A stretch of DNA of 64,000 bases. It comes from Chamaesiphon sp. (GTDB taxonomy: Bacteria; Cyanobacteriota; Cyanobacteriia; Cyanobacteriales; Chamaesiphonaceae). The stretch is from the NCBI GenBank assembly GCA_965246715.1, contig CBDFFH010000020.1, positions 128,001 to 192,000 of the forward strand, read 5' to 3'. The position numbers and the translations under genes were made by a program. Under the pieces are notes generated by a model that was given only the letters and a program-made list of their open reading frames with translations, had not been told where the DNA came from and ran no database searches. This document shows positions 10,118-21,513 of the stretch, one piece after another (the first letter of the stretch is position 1; every line of letters starts with the position of its first letter).

Positions 10118-11474
10118 ATGGAAACAGTAGATGCGATTGTAATTGGCAGCGGTCAGGGTGGCGTTCCGTTTGCAGTTGACTTGGCAACCGCCGGAAAAAA
10201 CGTCATCCTGTTCGAGCGCGATGCTCTGGGCGGGAGTTGTATCAATTATGGTTGCACGCCCTCTAAAGCATTTTTAGCCGCCGCTCATGCCGCAGGTCGC
10301 GCACGAATAGCCCAAATGCTCGGCATCCACGCCCAAATTACAGTCGATTTTGCCGCCGTGATGGAACGGGTGCGGGGGGATTCGCAGCGAGTTTAATCAG
10401 GGGGTCGAGCGGCGGCTGGCAGATGCAGGCGTGAAAGTTGTCTGTGCTCAAGCTGCTTTTACGGACGATCGCACGGTTAGCGGTGGTGGTGTTACTGTTC
10501 AGGCTCCGCTGGTGGTAATTAACACGGGGACTTCCTCGCTCCTGCCTGACATCCCTGGTTTAGCTGGCACGCCTTATTTAACTAATCGCAATTTCTTCGA
10601 TCTGCAACAGCTCCCGCCGCGCTTGCTGGTGATTGGCGGTGGGTATATTGCGCTGGAATTGGGACAGGGGATGGCGCGATTGGGCAGTCAAACCGAATTA
10701 ATCGTGCGGGGAGATCGCTTGCTCGACCGCGAAGACGCGGATGTGAGTGAGGTCATGGCTGAGGCATTGCAACGAGACGGGATCGAACTGCATTTTAATA
10801 CAAAAGTCGATCGGGTGAATTATGCCAACGGCGTATTTACGCTGACATTAGACAATGGTAAATCCCTAGATGGAGAAGCGTTGCTAATTGCGATCGGTCG
10901 TCAACCGAATACCCAGGTATTGAATGTTGGTTCGACAGGCGTGGCATTAGACGATCGCGGTTATGTCAAGATCGACGATCGGTTTGAGACTACCTGCCCT
11001 GGCATTTATGCCATCGGGGACGTGGCCAATCAACCTGCCTTTACACATGTCTCTTGGGAGGACTATCGCCGATTGAAGGCGATCCTCGATGGCCAACAGC
11101 GGACGCGACACGATCGGGTGTTGGGCTATGCCACTTATACAGAGCCGCAAGTCGGTCGCGTCGGCATGACTTTAGCGCAGGCACACCAACAGGGGATTAC
11201 AACTGCTCGCGAAGTCACCTTGCCGATGTCTCAAATCGCTCGTGCCACTGAATGGGGTCACGATCTGGGCTTTTATCGGCTGGTCGTCGATACCCATACA
11301 AATTTAATTTTAGGCGCAACGCTGGTAGGATACGAAACTGCGGAGATCGTGCATGTATTTTTATCGCTGATGGAAGCTGGCGCAACCTGGCAGCTCCTCG
11401 AACGATCGGTTCACATTCATCCCACCTACGGCGAAGCCTTGCCTAGTCTGGCACGGCTACTAATGTCAGATTAA
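10118..11474 (+). pseudogene. Pyridine nucleotide-disulfide oxidoreductase (MerA/Lpd-like), frameshifted
   Basis: GSGQGG and GGSCINYGCTPSK in ORF 10118-10396; remainder with HPTYGE in another frame; G6 run at 10374-10379, G5 would join them. Confidence 0.75.
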
Positions 11475-11494
11475 AGTATCTCCCAACGACAAAA

Positions 11495-13776
11495 ATGCAG
11501 TTACATCGCCGTAATTTCCTGAGCTTGCTTGTCAAATCGGAACCAGGACGACCTGCGATCGCCAATGGCGTGCGGGCTGTCTTATGCTTGGGGGTGCCGA
11601 TGGTCGTCGGGCAACTGCTCGATCGCCGCGAACTGGGCTTATTTTTTGGTTTAATTGCTTTTTTTGTCAACTTAGCCAACGTGGGCGGTTCCTACCAGAT
11701 TAAAGCCAAAGCGATGCTGGCCGCCACAGTGGGGATCGCGCTCTCAGTCTTGGTGGGCAAGCTCGTCAGTAGCGTCCCCGTGCTAGCTGTAATCCTAATC
11801 TTTGGCTGGGGAGTTGCCGCTGGACTAGCCTCGCTATACGGCAATGCAGGCTCTCAAGTCGGTTTGGTCGTCGGCCTCTCCTTCATCGTCTCGCTCGCCC
11901 AACCAGGGGACATCCACACGGCTGGAGCGCAATCGCTATTAGCCCTGCTGGCAGGCGGCTGGGCGATGCTACTGTCCCTGATCTTATGGCCATTTCAACC
12001 CGATCGATTGCTCCGATTTGCGATCGCTGAATGCTTCAATGCGATTGCCAGCTATGTTCGGGCAGTTCGAGATGAAGTCGATACCACAGAATACCTCATC
12101 GCCACTAGCACCGCATTAGAAAAAGCGCGGATCGATCTCGGTACCGTCCGGATCGGACAGTCAGCCCAAAGCTGGATGGACGAGCGGTTATTGGTGTTAA
12201 TTCAGGATGGAGATCGCGTGCTCGGTTCGGCGATCGCGCTGACAGATTTACTCACAACTTACGCCCAACACCAGGAATATCCCCAGGTTCGACCCTTAAT
12301 CGATGAAGCCCTCGACCAATTCTCACTCGTGCTGCAATCGATCGGTAGTGTCATCGCGGGCAAATCTGCCAGCATCGATCTCACACAACTAGATCGAATT
12401 GCTGAAGCACTCAAGGAACGCGAACGCCAACAGCGACAAGCAATTGGGAGTAAAAGTAATGATACCCCGCTCGTCGCCCTCAATCATTTGGTACGGACGA
12501 TCGACAAACTCATTAAACAACTACAGTACACGTCACAGTCAGCGACAGATCTAAGCAAACGCTGCCAAAAAATTCATCACCGCGATGTCGATTTACTGCT
12601 GTTGGTGAAAGACGAGTCGCAATCCCCGATCGATTTACTGCGCGACAACTTGACCTTCGACTCGGCGATCTTTTGCCATGCGCTCCGGCTGGGCATCACT
12701 CTGAGTATCGGTTTCATCTGCTATCGCCTGACAAATCTACCGATGGGTTATTGGATTACGCTGTCAATTATGTTTGTCCTCAAACCGAACTTAGGGGGGA
12801 CTTTTGTGCGTTTTTTCCAGCGCGTGGGCGGGACGCTTTTAGGTGCGGCGATTGCCGCGATCTTGTTAGCTACGATCGCCAGTAAGCCGATTTTAGACAT
12901 CATTATCATTCTGAACGTGTTTTTTGGCGTTGCCCTGATTGCGGTTAACTATGGATCTTCAGTGGTGTTCTTTTCGATCTTTGTCCTCCTAATTGCCGAC
13001 ATGACCGATCTAAATGATGCGATGGGCTGGCAATTTGCTATTTTGCGGATTGTGAATACCTTAATTGGCGCGGGAATGGCGTTTGGCACTCATTACTTAC
13101 TGTGGCCAAATTGGGAATGCGCTCGATTGCCCAGTCAACTCGCTACTGCCCTTCAAGCCGCTGCTACTTACTTTGGAGATGTGATGGCTGTTTATCAGGG
13201 GCAAGGGAATATGATTCGACTATTATCGGTCGCCGCCGCCAAACCGGACTGGCAATTGGCAATGCCCAAGCTTCATTTCAAGGATTGCTCCGCGAGCCGA
13301 AACTGTCCGAGGAATTAGTCGAACCAGTAATGACACTACTCGTCTACGTGGGGCGCTTTACCAGTGCCGTAACTGTTTTAGCCGAACATCTCGAACGTTG
13401 TCGATCGATCGTCCCACTGCCAACACTCGCCACCTTCGATCGGCAAATTTCCCTAGTCCTAGAGCAGCTAGCTGATGCCGTCGCCGAGCGAACGATCCCA
13501 CCACCTCTACCCGATTTAGAAGCAACCCTATCCAGCATCCAGCCACAGCTCCAAGCACGAAGGACAGATTCGCCAGCCCTGAGTGTTGTTGGCTTCAATG
13601 CTGCTACTGTAAATCGATCGCAGCAACCTACTCCTCAGATTTCAATTCTCCAGGGGAGCGGGCTTTCTGCCAACGACTATAGTATTCTCGATGTGGAAAT
13701 CGACCAGATCGTGCGGCGGGTAACGGCGATGCACTCAGCGATCGTCCGACTGAAATTGAATAGCAAATTAAGATAG
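11495..13776 (+). pseudogene. FUSC/YccS family membrane protein, frameshifted
   Basis: HALRL, GYWI, QRVGGTLLG, RIVNTLIG motifs; C-terminus continues in ORF 13102-13776 after G4 run at 13198-13201. Confidence 0.7.
13647..13673 (-). mobile_element. Degenerate 27-nt double-hairpin mini-element
   Basis: Reverse complement TTGGCAGAAAGCCCGCTCCCCTGGAGA resembles the 19125 copy; removal gives in-frame ISIDY at a CAAT^CG site. Confidence 0.5.
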
Positions 13777-13879
13777 CCCATTGCCATCGAATAATTATGT
13801 GAATTGCTGTTGTTGGAAAATCGTGATGAGTCTTCTATAGTTTAAAGTATGCTACCTCATACTTCTCCAGAGAGGTTCT

Positions 13880-16800
13880 ATGATTGCTCTAGCTGGTATT
13901 GCTATCCAAGACAAGATCTACGAAAGTGCGAATTCTCTGGTGTATCGGGGTATCACCGACGATGGGCTAGCGATCGTCATCAAAATGCTCAAGCAAGATT
14001 ATCCCTCTCCCCCAGAACTGACTCGCTACAGACAAGAATATCAAATCACCCGCTCCCTTAACCTAGAAGGAGTCGTTAAGGTATACAGCCAGCGGGACTA
14101 CCAACGCACACTCGTCATGCTCTTAGAAGACTTTGGTGGAGAGTCCTTAGAGCAATGGATGCGGCAGCGTTCAGACTTCTACCCTATGCCCTTAGCCACT
14201 TTTATCCGGCTGGCGATCGATCTCACAGATATTCTGGGTAGAATTCATGCCGCTGGTGTCATTCACAAGGATATCAACCCTGGAAACATCGTCCTGAATC
14301 TGGAGACTGGCGTTGTCAAAATTATTGACTTTGGGATTGCTACCCAATTTAGCCGCACAAATCCGACGTTCAAAAGCCCGCATGGGTTAGAAGGAACACT
14401 TGCCTACCTGTCGCCAGAACAAACCGGACGGATGAATCGATCGATCGATTACCGTACCGATTTCTATTCGCTTGGTGTGACATTTTACGAACTGATAACT
14501 GGACATCTGCCGTTTCCCACCACAGATCTGCTAGAGCTAGTCCATTGTCATATTGCCAAACCACCCGTGCCACCTCACGAACTGAATGCAGCGATCCCCA
14601 AACCCATTTCAGAGATCGTGCTGAAACTGATGGCAAAAAATGCCGAGGCTCGCTATCAGAGTGCTTGGGGGATTAAAGCAGATTTAGAACTTTGCGATCG
14701 CCAATTAGCAGAAATCGGTCGTATCGATCGGTTTCAATTAGCACTTCAAGACGTTGCCGATCGATTTCAAATCCCGCAAAAACTGTATGGACGAGATAAA
14801 GAAGTTGCACTGCTACTGTCAGCTTTCGACCGCGTAGCGTGTCCAGCCGACGACAATTCAGAACCAAGATTCAAAGTCGAAATGATGCTGGTGTCTGGCT
14901 ATGCTGGCATTGGCAAATCGGCGTTAGTGCAAGAACTCTACAAACCCATCACGGCAAAGCGTGGCTATTTTATCTCTGGTAAATTCGACCAATTTGGGCG
15001 GAATATTCCCTATAGCGCGATCGTCGATGCCTTGCGAAAATTGATGCAGCAACTGCTCGGTGAATCAGAAGATCGGGTGCAATACTGGCGATCGAACCTG
15101 CTCACAGCGTTGGGTAGCAACGGACAATTGATTATTGATGTGCTCCCGGAAGTTGAATCGATCGTGGGTAAGCAGCCACCATTACCCGAAGTTGGATCGA
15201 CTGAGGCACAAAATCGATTTAACCTTGTCTTTCAGAAATTCATTCGCGCCTGCTGTTCCGATGAGCATCCTTTGGTCATTTTTTTAGATGATTTGCAATG
15301 GGTAGACTCCGCTACGCTCAAGTTCATTGAGTTAATCCTGAGCGATCGTGAGATGCAATCCCTGCTTTTAATTGGTGCTTATCGGGATAACGAAGTCACC
15401 GCAGCGCATCCGCTGATGGCAACCCTAGAAAAGCTAAAGCAGGAAACTGTTGCGATTAATCGAATCATGTTGGCTCCGCTAGAACTGGGGGCAGTGGCTC
15501 AACTAATTGCTGAAACCTTGCACATGCCTACTGAGTCGATCGAGTCTTTAGCAGAGTTGGTATGGCGTAAAGCAAACGGCAATCCCTATTTTACGAATGA
15601 ATTTCTCAAGACGTTATACACCGAAGATTTCATAGTCTTCAACATGGATCGACGATGTTGGCAATGGGATGTTGCTCAAATTAGAGCTACAAATATTACC
15701 GACAATGTAGTGGAGTCGATCTTCGGGAAGTTGAAGCAACTACCGGAGCAAACTCAGCAGGTTTTACGTTTAGCAGCTTGTATCGGTGCTGAGTTCGATT
15801 TAGCAGCACTCTCAACCATTTGCGAACGACCAGCGGTTGAAATTTTTGCAGAACTGACAACAACGCTTCAGTCGGAATTGATTCTAGCTACGTCAGAGTT
15901 AGATGAGAACCTGTTGATTCAGAACTACAAGTTTTCGCACGATCGGGTGCAGCAATCTGCTTATGTACTAATTGCCCAAGAGCAACAACAAGCGGTTCAC
16001 TTGCAAATTGGTTATCTCCTGCTGCAAAGTAATCAGTCTGAAACTGCACCAAATAACTTATTTGAGGTAGTTGACCACCTGAATCTAGGCCGCAATCTTA
16101 TCCTTGAGCAAGACGAACGCGATCGATTAGCCAGATTGAATCTAATCGCAGGTCAAAAAGCAAAAATGACATCAGCGTACAGTGCTGCACTGCAATATTT
16201 GAATGTAGGAATAGAATTGCTAGTAATTGATAGTTGGCAGGTTCAGTACCCGGTAACTTTGGCACTGTATGAGGAAGTGACAGAAGTAGCTTACCTGTAT
16301 GGCGACTTTCAGCAAATGGAACAATGGGCGATTGTTGTGCTAAAACAGGCAAATACAGTTCTAGATAAAATCAAAGTTTATGAAACTAAAATTCAAGCTT
16401 GGATGGCGCAAGGTAGACAATTAGAGGCAATTAAGATTGGCTTAGAAGTTTTAGAATTACTGGGGATAGCTTTGCCACAGACACCAACAGAAGTTGATGT
16501 TCACAGGAAATTAACAGAAACAGTAGATTACTTTAATGCCATCAATATAGAGGATTTGCTGGAGCTACCATTGATGAGAGAGCCAGCTAAACTGGCTGCT
16601 ATGCAAATCTTATCAGGCTTAGTTGCAGCTACCTTTGAAGCTGCTCCTTCACTACTACCGTTAATTGTGTGCGAGCAGATAAATTTATCTGCTCGTTATG
16701 GCAATACTTCCTCCTCAACTTTTGCCTATGCTACCTACGGTGGGCTAATTCTCAATGGCATAATCCGAGATTTTGAAAGAGCTTATCAATTTGGTAAGTT

Positions 16801-19800
16801 GGCATTGAACTTGACTGAAAAATTAGATTCTAAAAGACTTAAGTCAAGGGTAATTCAGATTGTCACAGGGCATCTCATGCATTGTAAAGATCGGATCGAT
16901 CGAACCTTATCCTTGCTTCATGAGGGATACGAGACTGCGCTAGAAACCGGAGATTTAGTATATTGTGGATACTGTGCACTATTTGATTGTTTGCATTTGT
17001 ATTTTGCTGGCTCAGAACTAAGCAAGATTGAATCTAAAATTAAGTTTTACAGTAATATTTTGGCTCCACTTAAACAGGAAAATACTTTAAATTATCTTGG
17101 CAAATTGCAGCAGGTTATCTACAACTTAATAGAGCAGTTAGAAAATCCAGGTTGTCTACTTGGTAATAATTATAGCGAACAGCAACTCTTGCCAAGTTAT
17201 CTTGCAGCAAACGATCGATGTAATCTCTACCATTTATACCTAGACAAGCTGATCCTTAGCTATTTATTTGCAGATGCCCCACAAGCCGTAGAGTATGCTG
17301 CTCAAGCTGAACTTTATTTAGATGGAGCATTAGGAACTTTTTCAACACCTGTATTTTATTTCTACGATTCTTTAGTGCAGATGAAAGTATACCAGTCTGT
17401 TTCGCTCTCAGAGCAGGAGCTTCTGCTGCGTAAAATAATCAGCAATCAGGAAAAGATGCAGAGATGGGCAGATTCCGCTCCAACAAATTTTCAACATAAA
17501 TACGATCTGATTGCAGCAGAAAAAGCGCGAATCTTAGGGCGTACAGATGAAGCAATGAGCCTGTATGAGCGGGCAATTGCAGGAGCAAAAGACAACCAAT
17601 TTATTCAAGAAGAGGCGTTAGCATCTGAATTGGCAGCTAAGTTTTACCTGGTGCGTGGGTTGGCGAGAATTGCTCAAATTTACATCAAAGAAGCGCACTA
17701 CTGCTATAGACGCTGGGGAGCGACTGCGAAGGTCAAAGATTTAGAAACTCGTTACCCACAGTTCTTTCCTCAATCGTCGGGCATGGCTAACACGCCAATC
17801 CACGCTACTGCTGAAACCACTTCTAATCACTCACCCACTGCCTTCGATTTAGCTACAGTGATGAAAGCATCTCAAGCGATTTCGAGCGAAATTGAACTGG
17901 AGCAGTTACTCACTTCTTTGATGCAGATCTTAATCGAGAATGCTGGCGCACAAACCGGATTTCTGATTCTGGAAAACGCAGGTGAATGGACGATCGAAGC
18001 TGCTTGTGAACTCAATGATGGCGATCGGGTCTGCGCTACGCGAGTACTACAATCGCTTCCAATGGCAAATCGCTTGCCCGAATCAGTGATTCAGTATGTC
18101 ATCCGAACTCATGAATCTGTCATCTTGAATGATGCAACTTGTGAAGGTAATTTTATTAATGAGCCATATATTCAACACAATCAAACTCGATCGCTGCTGT
18201 GTTTGCCACTGCTGAATCAAAGTAAGCTGGTTGGCGTGTTGTATCTGGAGAATCAATTAGCAACTGGAGCATTTACACCCGATCGAATGCAAGTTTTGAA
18301 GCTATTATCAACCCAGGCAGCGATCTCGATCGAAAATGCTAAACTCTACTCAAAGTTGCGCGCTAGCGAAAGCAAAATGACTCAATTCCTGGAAGCCATT
18401 CCGGTGGGAGTTGGGATCGTTGATGCGAATGGTCGCCCTTACTATGCCAATCAACGTGGTATTCAGCTTATGGGCAAAGGGATCGATCCTGCCGTAGCCA
18501 CAGAGCAAATCGCCGAGGTTTACCAATTTTATGTGACGGGAACGGATCGAATCTATGCGACTGAAAACATGCCAATTATCCGAGCGTTGAGCGGCGAATG
18601 CACCACGGTTGACGATGTAGATATTCGCCAGAACAATGCAACCATTCCAATTGAGGTATGGGGAACTCCCATCTTTGATGAACAGGGCAAGGTGGTTTAT
18701 GCGATCGCAGCTTTTCAAGACATCACCGAGCGCAAACGAACAGAACACCTCTTAGCCAATTACAATCGCACCTTAGAGCAACAGGTGGTGGAACGAACGG
18801 CGGCATTACAGAAAAGTGAAGCGACACTGCGCGATCGAGAACAGCAATTACGACTGATTGCTGACGCTCTACCAGCTCTGATTGGCTATGTGGATGCCAA
18901 TCGATGCCATCAATTTATCAACCGCACCTATGAGGTTTGGTTTAGTCGTAGTTGTGATGAGATTTTGGGTAATTCTGTTCGAGAACTCCTTGGTGAAACA
19001 GTTTATCAAAAGATTGAGCCGTATATCGATCGAGTGTTTGCAGGTCAAACTGTAACTATGGAGACAGAAATTCCCTTTGAACTTGGTAAAAGATCCATCA
19101 GTTCTACCTTCATCCCCGATTTCGTTGGCGGAGCCTCTTCCCTGGAGAATCGCCACGATCGAGTCAGAGGATTCTACAGTTTAATCACAGACATTAGCGA
19201 TCGCAAACAATCAGAAGAGGTGTTGCGCCAGTCCGAGGCTCAGTTTCGGGAACAGGCAATCCTTTCCGCTTTTCGCGCCGAGTTAGACAATGCCCTTGCT
19301 CAAAGTGATGATTTGCCATCAATGCTGCATCGCTGTGCGGAAGCCGTCGTTAAGTACTTTAATGCAGCATTTGCTCGGATTTGGACGCTAAATAAAGACA
19401 AAATTGTTTTGGAGTTACAGGCCAGTGCAGGGATGTATACCCGTCTTGACGGCACCTACAGTCGAGTTCCTGTAGGTAGCTTCAAAGTTGGACGAATTGC
19501 TGAGGATCGCTGCCCTCTGTTGACCAACAATGTGTTTGATGAGTCAATTATCGATCGAGAATGGGCAGAACGAGAAGGCATGGTGGCATTTGCGGGCTAT
19601 CCCATACTGCTAGATGAGCAGCTTGTTGGAGTTATCGCGATGTTTACTCGCCACCCCATTCCGCTGTCCAACTTTGAGGCGTTGGAGTTTGCAGCTCGCG
19701 AGATTGGATTGGGAATTAAACGCAAACAGGCAGAAGTAGCGTTGCAAGCTTCTGAAGCAGAACTTCGTGCACTCTTTTCAGCAATGCCCGATCCTCTCTT

Positions 19801-20722
19801 AGTGGTGGATGCAGAAGGGCGTGTTGTGAGAGCAAACCTCATCGAGTCAGAGAATTTATCCAAACCGATTGACGAACAGGTGGGTCGAACATTACACGAA
19901 ATTTTTGAGAGATCGCAAGCCGATACATTTCTTGGCTATATTCGGCAAGCATTGAGCACTCAGCAGCCTCTAATGGTTGAGTATAGATTGATGATGGGAG
20001 GGTGGGAAACCTGGTTTGCAGCTAGCATTTCACCCATCTCAGAACATTCGGTCATTTGGCTGGCAAGAGACATCACCGATCGCAAACTTGCTGAAGCAGC
20101 CTCAATCCTAGAAGAGCGCAACCGGATGGCAAGAGAAATTCACGATACGCTCGCCCAATCTTTCACAGGTATTATCATTCATGCTAGAGCCGCTGGTAGT
20201 AAGCTAACGGTAGACCCAGCAAAAGCTCAGGACTACTTAGCTCAAGCCCAAAACTTAGCTCGAACTGGACTCGAAGAGGCACGCCGCTCTGTAGAGGCGT
20301 TGCGCCGCCCATACTTACTAGAAAATAACGATCTACCCAGTGCTTTCAGGCATCTGATCGGCCAGCTAGAATCATCCACTAACACCATCATTGTCTGTGA
20401 AGCCATCGGTATTCCCGATCCGCTACCCTCTGAGGTGGAGAATAATCTGCTGAGGATCGGCCAGGAAGCATTGACTAATGCACTAAAATATGCCGAAGCG
20501 AGTGAAATTCGTGTCGAACTAATTTACCAGTCCCCGCAGTGTATCCTCCGAATTAAGGATGATGGACGAGGATTTACGCTCGATCGGACTCGTCACAATG
20601 GGTTTGGTTTATTAGGCATGGCAGAACGTGCCGAGCGGATTGGGGCACAGATCCAGATCCAGAGTGCCCCCGGACAAGGAACAGAAATTACGGTATCCGT
20701 GAATCAGGAAAACCCATCATGA
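13880..20722 (+). CDS. Hybrid Ser/Thr kinase-AAA ATPase-GAF-PAS-GAF-PAS-HisKA_3 sensor kinase
   Basis: HKDINPGN, DFG, GYAGIGKS P-loop, LDDLQW, GAF (LYLEN), PAS, ERNRMAREIHD, DDGRGF, GLLGM. Confidence 0.92.
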   Translation: MIALAGIAIQDKIYESANSLVYRGITDDGLAIVIKMLKQDYPSPPELTRYRQEYQITRSLNLEGVVKVYSQRDYQRTLVMLLEDFGGESLEQWMRQRSDFYPMPLATFIRLAIDLTDILGRIHAAGVIHKDINPGNIVLNLETGVVKIIDFGIATQFSRTNPTFKSPHGLEGTLAYLSPEQTGRMNRSIDYRTDFYSLGVTFYELITGHLPFPTTDLLELVHCHIAKPPVPPHELNAAIPKPISEIVLKLMAKNAEARYQSAWGIKADLELCDRQLAEIGRIDRFQLALQDVADRFQIPQKLYGRDKEVALLLSAFDRVACPADDNSEPRFKVEMMLVSGYAGIGKSALVQELYKPITAKRGYFISGKFDQFGRNIPYSAIVDALRKLMQQLLGESEDRVQYWRSNLLTALGSNGQLIIDVLPEVESIVGKQPPLPEVGSTEAQNRFNLVFQKFIRACCSDEHPLVIFLDDLQWVDSATLKFIELILSDREMQSLLLIGAYRDNEVTAAHPLMATLEKLKQETVAINRIMLAPLELGAVAQLIAETLHMPTESIESLAELVWRKANGNPYFTNEFLKTLYTEDFIVFNMDRRCWQWDVAQIRATNITDNVVESIFGKLKQLPEQTQQVLRLAACIGAEFDLAALSTICERPAVEIFAELTTTLQSELILATSELDENLLIQNYKFSHDRVQQSAYVLIAQEQQQAVHLQIGYLLLQSNQSETAPNNLFEVVDHLNLGRNLILEQDERDRLARLNLIAGQKAKMTSAYSAALQYLNVGIELLVIDSWQVQYPVTLALYEEVTEVAYLYGDFQQMEQWAIVVLKQANTVLDKIKVYETKIQAWMAQGRQLEAIKIGLEVLELLGIALPQTPTEVDVHRKLTETVDYFNAINIEDLLELPLMREPAKLAAMQILSGLVAATFEAAPSLLPLIVCEQINLSARYGNTSSSTFAYATYGGLILNGIIRDFERAYQFGKLALNLTEKLDSKRLKSRVIQIVTGHLMHCKDRIDRTLSLLHEGYETALETGDLVYCGYCALFDCLHLYFAGSELSKIESKIKFYSNILAPLKQENTLNYLGKLQQVIYNLIEQLENPGCLLGNNYSEQQLLPSYLAANDRCNLYHLYLDKLILSYLFADAPQAVEYAAQAELYLDGALGTFSTPVFYFYDSLVQMKVYQSVSLSEQELLLRKIISNQEKMQRWADSAPTNFQHKYDLIAAEKARILGRTDEAMSLYERAIAGAKDNQFIQEEALASELAAKFYLVRGLARIAQIYIKEAHYCYRRWGATAKVKDLETRYPQFFPQSSGMANTPIHATAETTSNHSPTAFDLATVMKASQAISSEIELEQLLTSLMQILIENAGAQTGFLILENAGEWTIEAACELNDGDRVCATRVLQSLPMANRLPESVIQYVIRTHESVILNDATCEGNFINEPYIQHNQTRSLLCLPLLNQSKLVGVLYLENQLATGAFTPDRMQVLKLLSTQAAISIENAKLYSKLRASESKMTQFLEAIPVGVGIVDANGRPYYANQRGIQLMGKGIDPAVATEQIAEVYQFYVTGTDRIYATENMPIIRALSGECTTVDDVDIRQNNATIPIEVWGTPIFDEQGKVVYAIAAFQDITERKRTEHLLANYNRTLEQQVVERTAALQKSEATLRDREQQLRLIADALPALIGYVDANRCHQFINRTYEVWFSRSCDEILGNSVRELLGETVYQKIEPYIDRVFAGQTVTMETEIPFELGKRSISSTFIPDFVGGASSLENRHDRVRGFYSLITDISDRKQSEEVLRQSEAQFREQAILSAFRAELDNALAQSDDLPSMLHRCAEAVVKYFNAAFARIWTLNKDKIVLELQASAGMYTRLDGTYSRVPVGSFKVGRIAEDRCPLLTNNVFDESIIDREWAEREGMVAFAGYPILLDEQLVGVIAMFTRHPIPLSNFEALEFAAREIGLGIKRKQAEVALQASEAELRALFSAMPDPLLVVDAEGRVVRANLIESENLSKPIDEQVGRTLHEIFERSQADTFLGYIRQALSTQQPLMVEYRLMMGGWETWFAASISPISEHSVIWLARDITDRKLAEAASILEERNRMAREIHDTLAQSFTGIIIHARAAGSKLTVDPAKAQDYLAQAQNLARTGLEEARRSVEALRRPYLLENNDLPSAFRHLIGQLESSTNTIIVCEAIGIPDPLPSEVENNLLRIGQEALTNALKYAEASEIRVELIYQSPQCILRIKDDGRGFTLDRTRHNGFGLLGMAERAERIGAQIQIQSAPGQGTEITVSVNQENPS
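19125..19148 (+). mobile_element. 24-nt double-hairpin mini-element, in frame in a kinase PAS domain
   Basis: CG^[TTGGCGGAGCCTCTTCCCTGGAGA]ATCG; DF-VGGASSLEN-RH reverts to DFDRH. Confidence 0.8.
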
Positions 20723-21348
20723 GCCAACCCAAACCCATTCATGTTCTGGTTGTAGACGATCACCCTGTTGTGCGTCAGGGTTTGGTCGCGATGTTGGAAG
20801 AAGTGCCAGATATTCTGGTCGTCGGACAAGTTGGGAATGGTCGTGAAGCAATTGCTGTCTTTCGTCAACAGCAGCCAGATGTGACTTTGATGGATTTACG
20901 AATGCCTGAGATGGATGGAGTTGCGGCGATTACGGCCATCTGCGCTGAGTTTCCTGCTGCTAGGATTATCGTGTTAACGACTTACGACGGCGATGAAGAC
21001 ATTTATCAAGGATTGCGGGCTGGAGCCAAAGGGTATTTGCTCAAGGATGCAGAGCCAGAAGAATTGCTGTCCGCGATTCGCGCCGTTTACAAAGGACAGA
21101 AACACATTCCACCCCATGTCGGTGCCAAACTCGTAGAGCGGATGGCGAGTTCAGAATTGAGCGATCGCGAGTTAGAGGTGCTTCAGCTCATTACAACGGG
21201 CAAGAGTACCCAAGCTGTTAGCAAGGCTCTAAATATTACCGAACGCACGGTCAACTTTCATATCAATCATATTTTAAGCAAGCTGGGCGTGGAAGATCGC
21301 ACTCAAGCTGTGATCGTTGCCTTGAGACGCGGCATTGTTAGCTTGTAG
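20719..21348 (+). CDS. NarL/FixJ family response regulator
   Basis: VVDDHP, LMDLRMP, GYLLK, LuxR HTH; overlaps kinase stop. Confidence 0.93.
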   Translation: MSQPKPIHVLVVDDHPVVRQGLVAMLEEVPDILVVGQVGNGREAIAVFRQQQPDVTLMDLRMPEMDGVAAITAICAEFPAARIIVLTTYDGDEDIYQGLRAGAKGYLLKDAEPEELLSAIRAVYKGQKHIPPHVGAKLVERMASSELSDRELEVLQLITTGKSTQAVSKALNITERTVNFHINHILSKLGVEDRTQAVIVALRRGIVSL

Positions 21349-21351
21349 CAC

Positions 21352-21513
21352 CATACCTGTCAAATTTGTCAGCTTATTTTCTGAGATCTTTCTCAGCGAC
21401 AAAATCGACTGAACTCTCTAAATTAAGACTATGCAACGGATAACGCAGCGATATGGGCTTGTCCCACTGTGAAAGAGGTTTTAAAGCGATCGGCGGTCTT
21501 TATCTGCTGCATT
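21352..21513 (+). promoter_or_regulatory. Duplicated leader with palindromic boxes, copy 1
   Basis: CTGTCAAATTTGTCAG (21357-21372) and CTGAGATCTTTCTCAG (21381-21396); block repeated at ~26414-26600. Confidence 0.6.

Noticed and set aside
14831..14841. CGCGTAGCG mini-hairpin in the kinase gene
   Set aside because: No second hairpin or split CGATCG; reads as ordinary FDRVA coding sequence.
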